DNA of 64,000 bases from Octopus vulgaris. Lineage: Eukaryota. The notes beneath the pieces are model-generated. The model saw only the letters and a list, made by a program, of their open reading frames with translations, was not told the DNA's origin and searched no databases. The position numbers and the translations under genes were made by a program. Shown here one piece after another: positions 10,470 to 25,400 of this stretch (position 1 is its first letter; each line of letters opens with the position of its first letter). The DNA lies in assembly GCA_951406725.2 (NCBI GenBank), contig OX597837.1, forward strand, positions 19,034,001-19,098,000, in the 5' to 3' direction.

Positions 10470-13400
10470 CTGTGGGAAAAGAACAGAAAAATAAAGAGAA
10501 TAAAGATACCAGCAAAACTGAAGTTTCCAAATTCACAAATTAAATTCAATAAAAAGAAAAGAAAAGAACATTTATTATTATTAACTCTGGTGGGGAGCTG
10601 GTAGAATTGTTACCATACTGAATAAAATGCTTAGTGGCATTTCATTTGTCTTTACGTTCTGGGTTCAAATTTTCATTTCCTCCTTTCAGAGTCAATAATA
10701 CAAGTACCAGTTGAGCACTGGATACGATATAATCAACTTAGCTCCTTCCCCGAAATTGGTGGCCTTGTGCCAAATTTGAAACCGTTATCATTATTAAAGT
10801 ATCAGTCAAGTACTGGCATTGATGGCTTTGTGCTTACATTAGAAACAATTCATCACTATCATTTCATGTCTGTTTTCCATGCTGGCAGGGGTCTTAGTTT
10901 GACAGGAGATGGCAAGCCAGAGGACTGTGCCAAGCTCATCTGTTTGTTTTGGCATGGTTTTTACTGCTTGATGCCCTTCCTAATGCTAACCGCTTCAGAA
11001 TGGACTGGGTGCTTCTGTAAAATGGTTGGTGCTAGGAAGGGCATCAAGCTGTAAAACCCATACCAAAGCAGACAGTGGAGGTTGGCTTAGGCTCTTTGCA
11101 TTCTGAACTCAAATCCTGCAACAGTCAACTTTGCCTTTCATCCCTCTCAGAGTGATAAAATGAAATACCATTCAAATACTGGGGTTGATGTAACTGATTA
11201 ACCTCCACCCCAAAATTTCAGGTCTTCAGACAAAATGCTAGGCATTTTTTCCAGTTCTTTACATTCTGGGATCAAATTCTGCCAAGGTCAATTTTGCCTT
11301 TCATCCTTTTAGGATTGATAAAATAAGCAACAATTAAAAACTAGAGTTGATGTAATTGACTAACCTTTTCCCTTAAAATTGCTGGCTGTAGAACAAAATT
11401 TGAAACTACTACTACCTTTACTACTACTACTACTATTATTATTATTATTATTGTTATTATTATTATTTTTGTTGTGGTGTTAGGAACATACAGATCTGAT
11501 AAGTTTTAATGTTAGATTTTAACTGTCTTTCAGGAATTTTTGCTTTATGTGTTTCATAAAATTCAGTTGGTCAATACTAGCCAAATGTACTAATTTATAG
11601 AGATTTTTACAGATAGTCTTCCAAAATATAAAACATATTGAAAATTATAGGAACACAGTGGCAGTCCAGTCACTGGAAATATAATCATGACAGGCGGAAG
11701 TGAAAACATTGAGAAAAATTATTTTCCAAAAATTTTTTGTTCAATATCTAATTTTCTCAACCTTATCCTACATTACGAGAAGGTCAAAATAAACAAAACC
11801 ATTGATAGCAAGAGCCAAAGAACCCCACTACTGATTCACAAAGTCCCTATTTAAGACAGTAGGCAGTTTGCTGAAGATGTGGCTGGTGTACTGAATATGT
11901 TACTTTATTCACTAATGTCATCTATATTTCAAAGAGCTAGGAGTTTTTTTTTTAAGGGACATACTAAGCTGATTCGTGTGGGCCTTATTTTTTTTTTTAA
12001 AAAAAGCCACTTCATTGATTACATAACAACACAAAGTCCATCACTGGTTCTTGTGGTCACTATCTTAGTTTTTTCTTTGAGAGAACATTTAAATGTTAAT
12101 CAACAAAATGTAGATCTTGTTCTGTGTCTATTTTATATTTAAAACATATTGTTCTTATGGAAAGAAATAAACAAAACTGACAGCTCTATAGCCCCTTTAT
12201 GTTTTAATAAGTATTATTTCATTCAATTCATTAGAATATCTGGTGATGGATGTAAGTTTTACAGTTTTTTAGACTTCAGTATTTTGACAGCTGCAATGGG
12301 CTGTGTCGTAAGAAGTTTGCTTCCTCACCATGTGGTTCTGGGTTCAGCCCCAGTATGGGTAAGTGTCTCCTAGTATAGCCATGGGCCAACCAAAGCCCAG
12401 TGAGTGGATTTAGTAGATGGCAACTGAATGAAGCTCAATGTATGTATGTATATAAGCATGCATGCATGTATATATATATATTTGTGCATGTGCATGTTGA
12501 TATGTTTGTGTCTTTTTATTTGGATACGGCATGCTAATTGCTTCATAAAAGCAGTGTCATTCCTTTCCAACATTCTGCAAGAACATGTCTGGTCAGGGGG
12601 GGAAATATCTCCTTGTTTGGAAACAAACAAGGGTTAGCAATGGGAAGGGCATCCGCCTGTGGAAAACCTACCTCAGTAAATTCTGTCTGGCCCATGCAAG
12701 CATAGAAAAGTGGATATTAAAATGATGATAATTTAGGGGTTACAGGATTATACAACTGCAGGCTTGGGTGGGTGGATGTGGAGTTTATTTCATAACTGCA
12801 TGGTTTCAAGTTCTATCTCAGAGACTGTCATCTATTATAGCCTTGAGATGATTAATACTCAGTGAGTGAAACTGATAGATGGAAACTTCATGGAAGCCTG
12901 CTCTGTGTGTGTGTTTGAATGTTGACATTAGAACGAAACAATAATGGGATATTTACATTCCCTGTTTACCTGCACATGCGAAAGCCAGTGGAATAAAAAA
13001 TTGAGTGAGGGATAAGAACTGACAACAGAAAGGGCGACCAACTCTAAAATGTTATCTCAAATAAATCTCCACCCAACCCATGCTAGCAAAGGAAAATAGA
13101 AGTAAAAATGAACAAAAGGTTTCAATACAGAGAACAGTAAGGATATTTATTAGGAAGCATTTAACAGGTTATTGAAGAAACAACAAAGCAAACCCCTTTC
13201 TGGATCAGCCAGGAAGGTATGTCTTAGTCTTAGAGAAGTGTCTGCTAGAGAAATTGAAGGAAGAGAAAGACTAACTAATGCTTCTATGGTAAGGGTGAGC
13301 AGGTTACTTACTTTGAGAAAGATATCAAGATCAATAACACTTCTTCGTAAAGCTTCTCCTAGATAATAAATGGTATCTTCTATAGCTTGTTCTTTAGCAA

Positions 13401-16400
13401 ATGCATTCAACAATCTGAAATGAAATGAACAAAATATATGTGCAGTAAGGAAGAAGAGGAACAGTTAAGGGAAGGAGGGGGAGAGAGAAAAAGAGAGTGT
13501 GTGCATGTGTCTGCATAACTGCATGCATGTCTATATGAATATGTATGATATGTGCATCCTTGTACAGGATGTGTGGACATGTGTTTGTATGTCTATGCCT
13601 GATGGTGCACATTTCCCTACATGACAGTATGAGAGTTTGTGATCATGACTGTGTGTGCGTGTGTGAGAAACCAGATCTGTTGAGTGACCTAGAAAGGAAC
13701 CACATGTTACACTCTTCAGAAAAACTGCCTCCTTTACAGCCAAACTTTACTATCTCTAGAGTTAGTTAAAAGGAATAATGAACAAATTGCTACAAATACA
13801 CACATGTGGACAGGACAAAACACCAACCACATGTTTCTAATGTAGGACAAGCACACATGTAAATGGAACAGTAGCATTCTGTAGGCAACTTTTAACAGAA
13901 TACCAGTGAGATGTTTTTAAGGAAGGGCTAACTGAAGCAACATCAAGTTAATACTTTAGTGTTCGGATTAATCTGTCAAATGTAATGCTTATTTTTAGAA
14001 TGGCATTGTTAGGTAGGTGTGAAAAGCCAGATCTGGCCAGTTTGAACATAAAACAGGTAGAAAGTTTTGGGCTGAGTATGGCCAATTTGAATGCTAAAAG
14101 GTTAAACAATAAAGCATCTACGCAGATGTTCGACCTGCAAGAAAGCCACAACTTCCCAAAGTACTAGACCACTGCCTTAAATGTGTATAACTGCACAACA
14201 TAAAGTAATCCCAAATATGCCAGAAAAGAAGATGGAATGGTCAGGCTTGAATACCTACCTTCAAACACCCTGAAACACCACCTCAGAGAACTACATCATC
14301 ATCCTAAAAACACTATCTCTCCCATTCAACGAACTTCTCTCTCTCTCTCTCTCACACACACAGAAATAGCTGCAATATCATTAAACTCATTAACCTGCCC
14401 ATATACCATGCTGGGTTGAACCAGCAGCAGAGTCTCTATGAAGTTAATCTGCAAGAAAAACAGCTAAATCTCCCAAAAATCATGCCTAAATGTTTTTAAA
14501 AAAGAGAACACATTAGATAATGTGGTCTGACATATAGGAAAGAGATGGGGTTGTCACAATTGGAATGCCTTTGATCAAAGGTCTGCTGAATAAAGCTTGA
14601 TCTAAGTCACTACACAGCAACTGTGCTGGGAATGCACACAATAATCAGTGCAGAGGAAGAGCAACTGTCAAACTCTAAGTACACCTTGCCCCACACTTGC
14701 TTAAATCTCAATTACCTGTGGGCCCTAGAACCATTTGTTCAAGGTTAACCTGAACAATGATAAGTTACAATATCTTTTGAAAAGGAAGACAGTCTCAGAC
14801 ACGTTCGTTCTTTACTCAGCTGTCCAACATTTTATCCACAGAAGTATTTCACCTTCCTTTAGCTATACTCAAGAAGATTCACCCACCACAACAGAACTGA
14901 AATCCTAAAATTAAGGTGTCATATAAAAGCATTGGTGTGGGTGCTGGTGCCACATAAAAAGCACTGGTGATGGTGCCCCTATAAAACACCAGTGATGGTG
15001 CCATGTAAAAAGCACTGGTGATAGAGTCACATAAAAAGCACCCTGTACACTCTATAAAGAGGTTGGTATTAGGAGGGGCATCTAACCTTAGAAACTAAGC
15101 AAAAACAGATAATGGAGCCTGATGTGGTCCCGGGCCTTGTCAGTTCCTGTGAAGCCATTCAACTCATGCAAGCAAGGGAAATGGACGTATGATGACGATG
15201 ATGATGCTATGAAAATGGACAATAAACAATATCATCTGCCAGCAGCAGGCAGGTTCATCCATGCTACATTTGCCACCAGGACCTCCTTTAACCCTTTAGC
15301 ATTTAAACTGACTAAAATATTCTACTCATTCTTTGTTCAAACTGGCCATTTCCAGCCTCTCACACCTACGCCTTCAATGTCATTCTAGAAATAAGTCATC
15401 ACATCATTGAAATCTTGAAGCTACAAGATAATGCATAATTTATTGAAAACAATGTGAATCAATAAGCAATACATTTGACAGAGTGATCTGAATCTAAAGG
15501 GTTGGTTATGCTTAGTGGCCCCTAAAATAAATACCAAGAGGTTGGGGCTGAGGGAAGAGGAAGGTTTTTTTTAAAAAAGTGTTAAAGTCTATCCTTGTCT
15601 AATTTTAATGTTTTCATTTCAAGTTTTAAATTCACTATTTGTAAACAACTATGATAAATTACTGAAAGAATTTTTTTATTTATTTTCTTTTTCACGCCGT
15701 GTTCTGCTCTATGTATTTGTAGTCAGTCACATACGCACACGTTTTTTTGGATAAATGAATGGCGATTGACCATTCCTAGTACAAATAGATTAAACATACT
15801 GTCTGTAGAGTGGTGTTGTAGTAACAACAGCTTCATCAATTTTAAGTTCTCCCTGGTTCTCCATTTTGTTCAAGGTTTCTTTCAGTTCAGCATTTTTCTC
15901 CTTCAGTATAGAAATATTCTTCTCCACCTCATCCTGAAATGACAAACAACATTCTAATACATCAATGGTTTGGATTAACATGACAACAGTTTCACTCCCC
16001 AGCTAGCGAAAAAGTCTTAATTACTTTATCCTGAACACACACATACAAGACAAAAAAATTTTCTTAAAGAGATTTTTGATGATCTCACCACATTAACTTA
16101 ACTGTTGTTTTTCCATGCAAACGGCATCTCTGAATAAATAACTTTCATTAATTCTGTTTCTTTTATTTGCTAATTTTTCAAATCTACTTGTGTGCAGTAA
16201 TATATTTCAGGTGCCAGCATTACAACCATGTGGTTTCGGGTTCATTCCCATTGCACAGTACCTTGGGATTGAACTCAGGACATATGATTTGGAAGTAAGC
16301 TCACTACATAAACATGCCTGCACCATAAAGTGACAAATTCAGTGAATGGGGTGGGGACAGACAAATAACCCCCAGTACTTTATTGACTTGATAATATTAA

Positions 16401-19400
16401 CTTAGAATGTAAAAGTGTGCAGGGGTGGCTGTGTGGTAAGAAGCTTGTTTCCCAACCATATGGCTCCAGGTTCAGTCCCACCGCATGACACTTTGGGTAA
16501 ATGTCTTCTAATATAGCTTTGGGCCGACAAAAGCCTTGTGAGTGGATTTTGTAGATGGAAACTGGAAGAAGCCTGTTGTATACATATAAATGTATATATA
16601 TTTATGTGTGTATCTGTGTGTGTTTGTACCCTCAGCATCGTTTGACAACTGATGTTGGTGTGTTTATGTCCCTGTAACTTAGCAGTTTGGCAAATGTGAC
16701 CAATAGAATAAGTACTAGGCTTACAAAGAGTAAGTCTTGGGGCTGATTTCTTCAACTAAAACCCCATGGCTGCAGTCAAAATGGCAGAAATGTGTAAAAG
16801 ACTAAAAGATTAGCTAAATGAACCCCTGCCCTGCCACCACCTTAATAATACCAGCAGACAACATAGAGATTTTTATTTCAATACAAACCTTCTCTTGTTC
16901 CAAAGATTTCATCATCTTCTCCAGACACTCACGACCTTTTTGAAGGTCATTCTGTGTTTTATACAGCGTATCCATTTCAGCCTGAAAGTTTATAGATTTT
17001 AGAGGAGAAGCTTTAGGATTTTATATATAGTCACGGTAATTCAGCACAAAGGAAATATTGGGTCATCCCATTAACCCTTTCATTACCAAACCGCCCAAAG
17101 CCGCCCGAAAAAAACTTGGGTTAATGTGACCAAACCGCCTGTATTTACCTATTCATATTTAAATGAGAATATCAGAGCAAATCTCTTTAGTACATTCGTG
17201 AAAACACTGATTATAGTTCGTAAACAGTTTATCTACAGTTTTGTACAACGATCGAAGTGTAATTTTAATTCCGTGAATTTTGGGAGAATTTTTTCTGAAA
17301 TTTGTTCCTATTGTGTTTTCAAAATTTGTAATTCTGACAAAAAATGGATACGAATTTCATTATATTAAGCAGCGAGTCAGAATTCGAAGGATTTTCTACT
17401 GAAGACCTTCATAAATCTAACTCTATGACTGAAAAAAAAAGCACGTGGTATTTGATAATGAATCTGATGTTTCATTTTCCGAAAGTGAAAACAGTGAATC
17501 CGAGAGCTCCGACAGCGATAAAGAAAATGAATTGGCACCTGAATGGAGTGAAAATTTAAAAACTGTTTCTTTCGGTGATTTTTCTGAAGAAACTGGACCA
17601 AGCCACACACTTTCCCAGGACAGTAAAGCCTTAGACTATTTCTTTTTACTTTTTCGAATGAGCCTATTTGAAATCATTATGGCAGAAACGAACCGTTACG
17701 CTAAATGTAAACAAAGCGAAAGAAAGGATAGTTAGTGGTTTCCCACAACCTTAAATGAAATTAAGACTATTTTGCCATAAATATTATTATGGGTATCAGA
17801 AAGTTACCCAGAATAACAAATTCTATCGTAAAATTTTGTTGTATACCCAATTGAATATTAGCTAATAACCCATTTTCTATAGCGATGTTTGAACAAAATT
17901 TCAATAATTTTATATTTTGTTGAATTTACCTGTATCTACCTGCAATTAGAGTCACTTTGTGACAAAAATTATAGTATAGAATTGGTTGAGAACATTTCAT
18001 TAAATTATCTTCCAAAAATCACATTAATATATTGATAAATAAAAAAGTTATAGTTGTTTAATGAAACCAGACTAAATTTATGATTATGTTAGAAATTAAT
18101 TGAAACGCATAAGGGGTGTATTTTGGTCAGAAATATAGTAACGAAAGGGTTAATAATGCGATTTTTCAATTGCATGAACTAAAAGTTGGAGGGGGACGGG
18201 ATAAACTACCTGCATCAACTTGCTATAAAAGCAGGTAGTAATTTTACCTTGTGTTTATTCTTAGTGCAAGTTTTGAAAAGTCAGATTGATTTTAACAACT
18301 ATTTTATCAAAACTATAATGGAAGTGACAAAGGAGCATATTTGGCATATTTTGTTTTATGAGTTCAATAAAGGCAACAACGCAATGAAAAATCGAGTATT
18401 AATGCAGTATATGGGAATTGGACAATAAGTGTAAGCCAGTGTCAATGGTGGTTCCAGAAATTCTGAGCTAGAAGCTACAGCCGAGAAGATGAACCTCGTC
18501 CTGTAATATCTGTAGAGCAGGACAAGGATGTCTGAAAACCCTGGTGGAACAAAATCCCACCATAACTGTTGAGGAACTAGCAGAGAAGCTTGGGTTTGGT
18601 CATTCAACCATTCATTGGTACCTGTGTGCCATCAGAAAAGTCAGGAAATTAGGTCAATGGGTTCCTCACAAACTTTCCGAGTCTAATCATGCACAGAGAG
18701 TGAATGTGTGCTCTTCTTTGCTGTCATGCTTCACGAATGAACCTTTTTTACCCACGTAAGGTGTTGTTATCTGTTTGGTGGGATATGAAAGGTTTAGTCC
18801 ATTTTGAACTTTTAAACCCAAACCAAACGATGACAAAGGAGATCTACTATGAACAGCTTGAGCGGTTTTAAGTCAACACCAGAAGAGAAATGACCATCTT
18901 TGGCTTCAAGACAAGAGGCATTCTTCCATCAGGATGATGCTCAGCCACATACAACCAGGATGACATTTCAAAGACTGGAGCAGTTTGAATGGGAAGTGAT
19001 GCCTCAGAAAAGGGAGGTGGGGTAAATTAAAAAAAATTATTGCTAAATAAAATGACATTTCTTAAGAAAAACTTAAAAGGGGAGATGTAGAGAATTAGTA
19101 ATAATGGTACAACCCTCCCATGTGACAAGTGGTATGATAAGTCACTATAAATAGGAGAGTACGAGACAGTATGTGTTAGACTGTGTTGACAGTAATGTCT
19201 TTCTGAGTTAATAACTATACTGTGGTACCTGAAGTGGGCATTATAATAATCCAACATTATAAGGATTACAACAATTCTGAATAGAGACATAACAATTACT
19301 TAGAAGGGTAAATGATAGAAAGGACCTCCTCAGAAGGCTGAAGGAAAAAAACTGACTCTCCACTACCATCTGGAATGAACAAATTAATTTCAGAGAGATG

Positions 19401-22400
19401 GAAGATCCTTGTGGAATTGAATACAGAATGGAAGAATGAAAAATTGTAAATACTGCAAAACATTCAGGCTGATGACCTGTTTCTGTTCTTTCACATCCTT
19501 CATAGATGAAGATGATAAAACACATTAGTAAATGCTCTAAATAATTTCTTACATTCAAAGTTAGAAATTTGCAGGGAAGGAATAGATTCAAGCAAACTGA
19601 CTCCAGTACTTGATGTAGAGTTTGTTTTATTGACCCTTGGATGCATGAAAAGTAAAGTTGACCTTAGCAAGAATTGAATTCAGAACATAGAGGTTTGCAG
19701 CAGTTTATCTACTGATCTATAGATTTTGCTTATCCAATAATGTCTAACTCAAGCCAAAGATTAAAGGAAGGTAAGAATCATTCACTTGATATATATTATT
19801 TATTGATCCAATGTGGGCTCCTCGATACGGTCACTTGACTTGCAGGAAATAACAACCAAATCTCCCTCAAATCACACTCAAACCACCTTAGAAAATGATG
19901 GACATAATGTAAAATGTAGTCTTAGATATACAAAAAGACAGATCGATCATGGTTGGAGGTTCTTTTGATCACAGGCCTGCTCAATGAAGAATGACCTAGG
20001 GCTGGAGCAAAATGTAAAATATATCGAAGAACCATGGTAGTATTTGAACTCAGAAGGTAATTTTAGGCATGGGGATTTTAGTGAGTTGATGAGTGGATTC
20101 AATGGGGAGGCTCTATGCAGTTACTCAGCCTGTAAGAAATAACAGCTAAATTTCCTTCAAATTACATTCTGCCGTCTTATATATCTGATAAGGCACAATT
20201 TTTTGCTCCCTAAACAAATTAGTCTCCATTTTAACTGAAAATCAGTGTTCAGGTTACAGGCAAACTGAGGCCCAAGAAATGGCCTGCCAGTATTGAGGTG
20301 TGTCTTGTATATCTTTGCACTTAGTAAGTCATTAAGTACAATAATTATACAGTACCTGACCTCTTATATGGCTTTCAAAAATCGGGGAATACTGTGCAAT
20401 ATACTGTATTGAGTAAACAGACTGTTTTTGAAGTTGGTTAATTTATATACAGTGTGTTAAAAATAATTTTGTTCTTTACTTTTTTTAAGTGGATTAATAA
20501 AGATTAAATACACTCTGCTTTAGATGTGTATTAATTTGTACCTGTATCTGTTAAGTAAAATCATGTTCATTATTTCATCGAATTTTCTCCCTATAAACAT
20601 TATACTGTATACATGATACAGTATGGTATATTTGAGGAATGTTAAGTAGATTAGGAACCATGCCAAAACAGACACAGAACCTGAACAGCTCTTCAACTGG
20701 TCAGCTCCTGTCAAACTGTCCAACCCATGCCAGCATGGAAAATGGCTGATGATGATGATTTAGACTGTCTCGAAAAAACTAGAAAATCCAGAAATATGAG
20801 TCACTTCTAGTATCAAGTTTGCCAAATAATTATTGCAGTACTATGTAATGTAGTTTTGAGAAATCCCTTAAAAAGAACAGTTGGTCACAAGCCTGAATGC
20901 CTTTGATCATAGGTCTGCTCAGCTATGATTGACCTGGGACTAAAACAAAAGTTCTTAGTTATAATTTTGTTAAGTTAGAGATTGAGAAAGATTTATAAGA
21001 CTACATGAGTGTTGCAGACCTGAGCTTGGGCAAATGTTTCCTTTAGACGACGTTTCAGTGTCTCTTCCACAGCAGATATCAGTGAGGCCTTAATGTGTTC
21101 CTCTGTCACAGTACTTGTACCAGATACTGTTTGTGTTAAATGAGTTCCTGAATGAGGTGAAGAGAAAACAAGTATTAAAAACTTATTGTAAATACTGTTA
21201 AAAGCTCATATCATTAACATAGAGTAAATACTGGTAAATATTCATATAGTAATATGTACTAAAAATGGTTAAACTTTTGTTACCATATTTCTGTTAAAAA
21301 CACCTTTGTTTTAATAAGTTTAAAAAATAATAAAGAATTTGATATAACTTTGTCATTATTAAGTTGATGTTTGGAACATAAATTAATATGAAATTTTAAT
21401 TCAGGTCACTTGAAAACAGGAAGTTTGTACAATAAAAGCAGAAGATAGATTGGTATCAAACAGGTTAAATATTCATAAATTAACACTGAATAAACATGGT
21501 TAAATATTCATAAATTATCACTGAATAAATTATGATTAAATATTCATGAATTAACATAGATTAGCGATGAACAGTCACACATGGTTAATTATCATGTCAC
21601 TGTATAAAGGAAAGTGCCACTGTAAACACACAAAACAAACTGTTGTGTACATCACAGCCATATAATCATATGAGAAAGCCTCCTCATGGTTACTCAATCT
21701 GGTTGAAACAGCAGCTGAATCACCCTCAAATTACACTCTTTCAAATAAAGAAAGGACAGATTAGATAATGTGGTCCTATACACATCTAAAAATGACATGG
21801 TGGCCATCACTGGAATGTCTCTGATCATAAGTTTGCTTGACAAAGACTGAGGCTAAAAAACACTGACAAATCACACACTGCCACAAAATATCTAGATGAT
21901 GTGTTATTATAACTACAGAACTACACCAGTATCCACACACACACACTATCATAGAATATCAAAATACTGTGTCATCACCACTGCAAAAACTATACTAACA
22001 TCTACCCACCCACAGTACAACAAATAGTCACACACAAGGTTAAAACTCTGTGATGGATTGCTAAGAATATCAAAGTCTTGAAATCACATTTAACCCTTTA
22101 GCATTAAAACTGGTCATGTTTGGCTCAAATATTCTGTTTCATGTTCAAACTGACTAGATCTGGCCTATCACACCTACTCTACAATGTCATTCTAAAACTA
22201 AACAAGCATATCATTGAAATCTTGAAGTTACAAGATAATGCAAGATTAATTCAAAACAATGTGAATGAACAAGGATTACATTTAATAGAATAATCTGAAT
22301 ATTGAAAGTTTAAAACTGAACAGAAAAATGAATGCAATGGTGTCAGAAAAGTTACTTTAAAAAATAAAGGTGTCTGTCACACAAAAGAAAGAAGGGTCAA

Positions 22401-25400
22401 CATCATGGCCTTTATTTTGTCTTGCCCCCACCTCTATAAAACAACTGAGACTTCAGAGAAAAAACCCACAGCTTTTGATTTATTCTCACACTGCAGATCT
22501 GGTCTGAAAGCTTACAACTAACTGGAGTCAACGAAAGGATATTTTTGAGCTAGAGGATGGTGGTGGTTGTGTTGATATTAAATTGGGTGATGGGTTAAAT
22601 CTACCACCTTAGAACAGATACATCATAGCCACATTCACTTTTCCATGGGTCAGACAGAGTTTATTGGGGAAGATTTTCTATGCAAACCCTCACCTGTTTC
22701 CAAGCAAGGTAGTATTACCCCATAACCATATGTTCTTGGAGAATATTAGAAATGAATGACACTGCTTGATACTCCTTTACATGATGTCAAGATAAGGTTT
22801 CACACACACACACACACATATATATATGACAATGTTTTAGTTTCCATCTAGCAAATACATTCACAAGGCTTTGGTTGGCCTAGGGCTATAGTAGAAGACA
22901 CCTACCCAAGGTGCTGTGCAGTTGGACTGAACCCAGAACCATGCGGTTGAGAAGCAAACTTCTTACCACAGCCATACCTATACCTAGGCAGCCATAATTC
23001 ATAGCCATCGAATTTCATACTCAAAGTTTGGCTGATCTGAACCTATACTTAAGGGTACTTGTATATGCTCAAGATTCAGAGCAGTGAGATCAAACCACTT
23101 GCAAAGAGAACTTCTTAGGATTTCCATGCTGGCATAGGTTGACTAAGTGTCTCGCAGTCAACGTGACCCAGTCCATTATCTGGCACACACACTAAATTAG
23201 TTATTACTTCAGATCTAGCCTTTCTGTCTCATCTCATTTTATTTCATTTCTATTTATCTTATCTTCAACTTCAAATATCTCCTCTTCTCATCCTTCCCCC
23301 CATAACACACACACAAAGAAAACTGCCATTCCTGGTTACTGTTTATGTTATGATTTTAGCATGGTTATTACAATTGGATGCTCGTCCTATCACCAACCAG
23401 TTTACAGCATAGACTAAATCATGTCACCAACACTATAGATGTCTTTGATAGAACTAAAGAGACTCCTTCTACCTTCTCTAAGTCCTTATTTAGAGTTGTT
23501 CCTTTTCTAAATGAATTGATTGCCAGTGCCACTCCTTGTGGAACCCACATTTGTAAGTGACTACAACTACAATATCAACCACAACTTCTGAGCATCAATG
23601 CATACCACAACAAAGCAGTAATGTTAGCAATCACCATCAGTCAGACAAATTGGAGCATCACCTACAAATTTGGTTCAAAAATACATAAAACTCACTAAAA
23701 ACTATTAAAACAAAACAAAAAACAAAATTTAAAAAAAAACATGAAACCAACAGCAGAAATACAAAGAAGCAAAATGTGTTGGTGTGATAGAAAATAATGT
23801 GTGGACTAAGTGTGAATTACCTGATGTAGTTGAGTTGAGCCCAAACATAGGTGTTGGAGTGGTAACCGACGAAGTCGATTCAGAGTAAGCTGGGTATCCA
23901 AGGTAGGGAGTGTTGTACAAAGGGTATTGAGGATGTGCAGGGTACGGTAGAGGGTTATTTAAATTAGATGGGTAATAAGAGCTAGCAGTGGTCTGTGGTG
24001 CAGTATAAGGAAGAGGATATGGAGGTATACTGCTTGAAGTTGCAGGACTTGGCATGTAAGGACCTGAAACGATGGAATTAGAAAACATAAATGTTGGTTT
24101 AGTGTGTGTGTGTGTATGTATGTGTGTGTATATATATATATATATATATACATATACATATCTATGTGTGTGTGTATATATATATATGTGTGTGTGTGTA
24201 CATGTGTAAATGTATATATATATATATATATATACACACACGAGAGAGAGAGAAACCAAGAAATATATCACAGTGTTAATATATTGTATATAGTTAGTAA
24301 TTTCAAATATTAATGAATATTTATATTAATATATAATAATAAAAGAACATAGTATATCACAAATTGTATTATAAAGTTAGTATATTGTATTTGTATTAAT
24401 ATATAGTTAGTCTGCAATAGATAACATTAGTATTACTGTACATAGTGCTGGTATATTGTTACTGCACTTTATCTGTATATAAGATGTATTTCGAATAGCG
24501 CATGTGTCTGTGTGTGGGGTTTGTATGGTTCAGTACTAGCTACACTTTTGTGCTGGCTATGTGAAGGTGTCTTCTACATAATGGTGTGAGCTGTGTCAAA
24601 GCTGTACTTCAATGGCAGTTATATTAGCATGACTAAGTGTCTTAGCAAGACGGAAGAATATATGTGAATGTGTAAAAAGACACTAACTCAGAATATCTCA
24701 TCATTTTGCACAGGCATAATGTATCTGGATATGTGAAGATAATGTGATCTTATACAAGGATATCACATGATCTTGTATGGTAATCTCATGTGAACATATC
24801 TTGTGATCTACTGGGGTAATGTATTGGAAGATTATATAGTCATGTATCTAACTATTAAAATATGTAAAAAAAAAATAATTTTTTTAAACCCCATCAAACA
24901 TCATAAATGTGACAATTTAACACAGAATAACAAAAATATTCTAGTCTTTTAAAATAACGCCAAATTCTGTTCTTTACATGACATAAAAGCTTTACAACTG
25001 TGTATGAGTGTGAGGAATTGTAGAATAGTTGAATCTATGGATTGAATTTTAATTAATTTCATTAGAATGTCCCAGCAGATCTTTATTAGACTCAGTTTAC
25101 AACAACAAGGGAACATTAAATCAAGAACAATAGCTTACTTTGTCTTGTAGGATACGGGGTGTGAGAAGGTTGAGCCATTGAATTGCTAGAAGACCAGTCA
25201 CCTACGTCTACTTGATACGAGGAGTTGACAGGATTCTGTTGAACCTTCGAGAAGACAGGAGGTTCTTCACCAAACTTTTCTGCCAGTCTATTCAAAAGTC
25301 CATAGAGGTCAGACTGAGGCTAGAAAAAATTAGAAGAAAGCATAGAGGTAAGCTGTAGTATCAATAATGTCAAATTATTAAATAAACAACTAATATTTAA

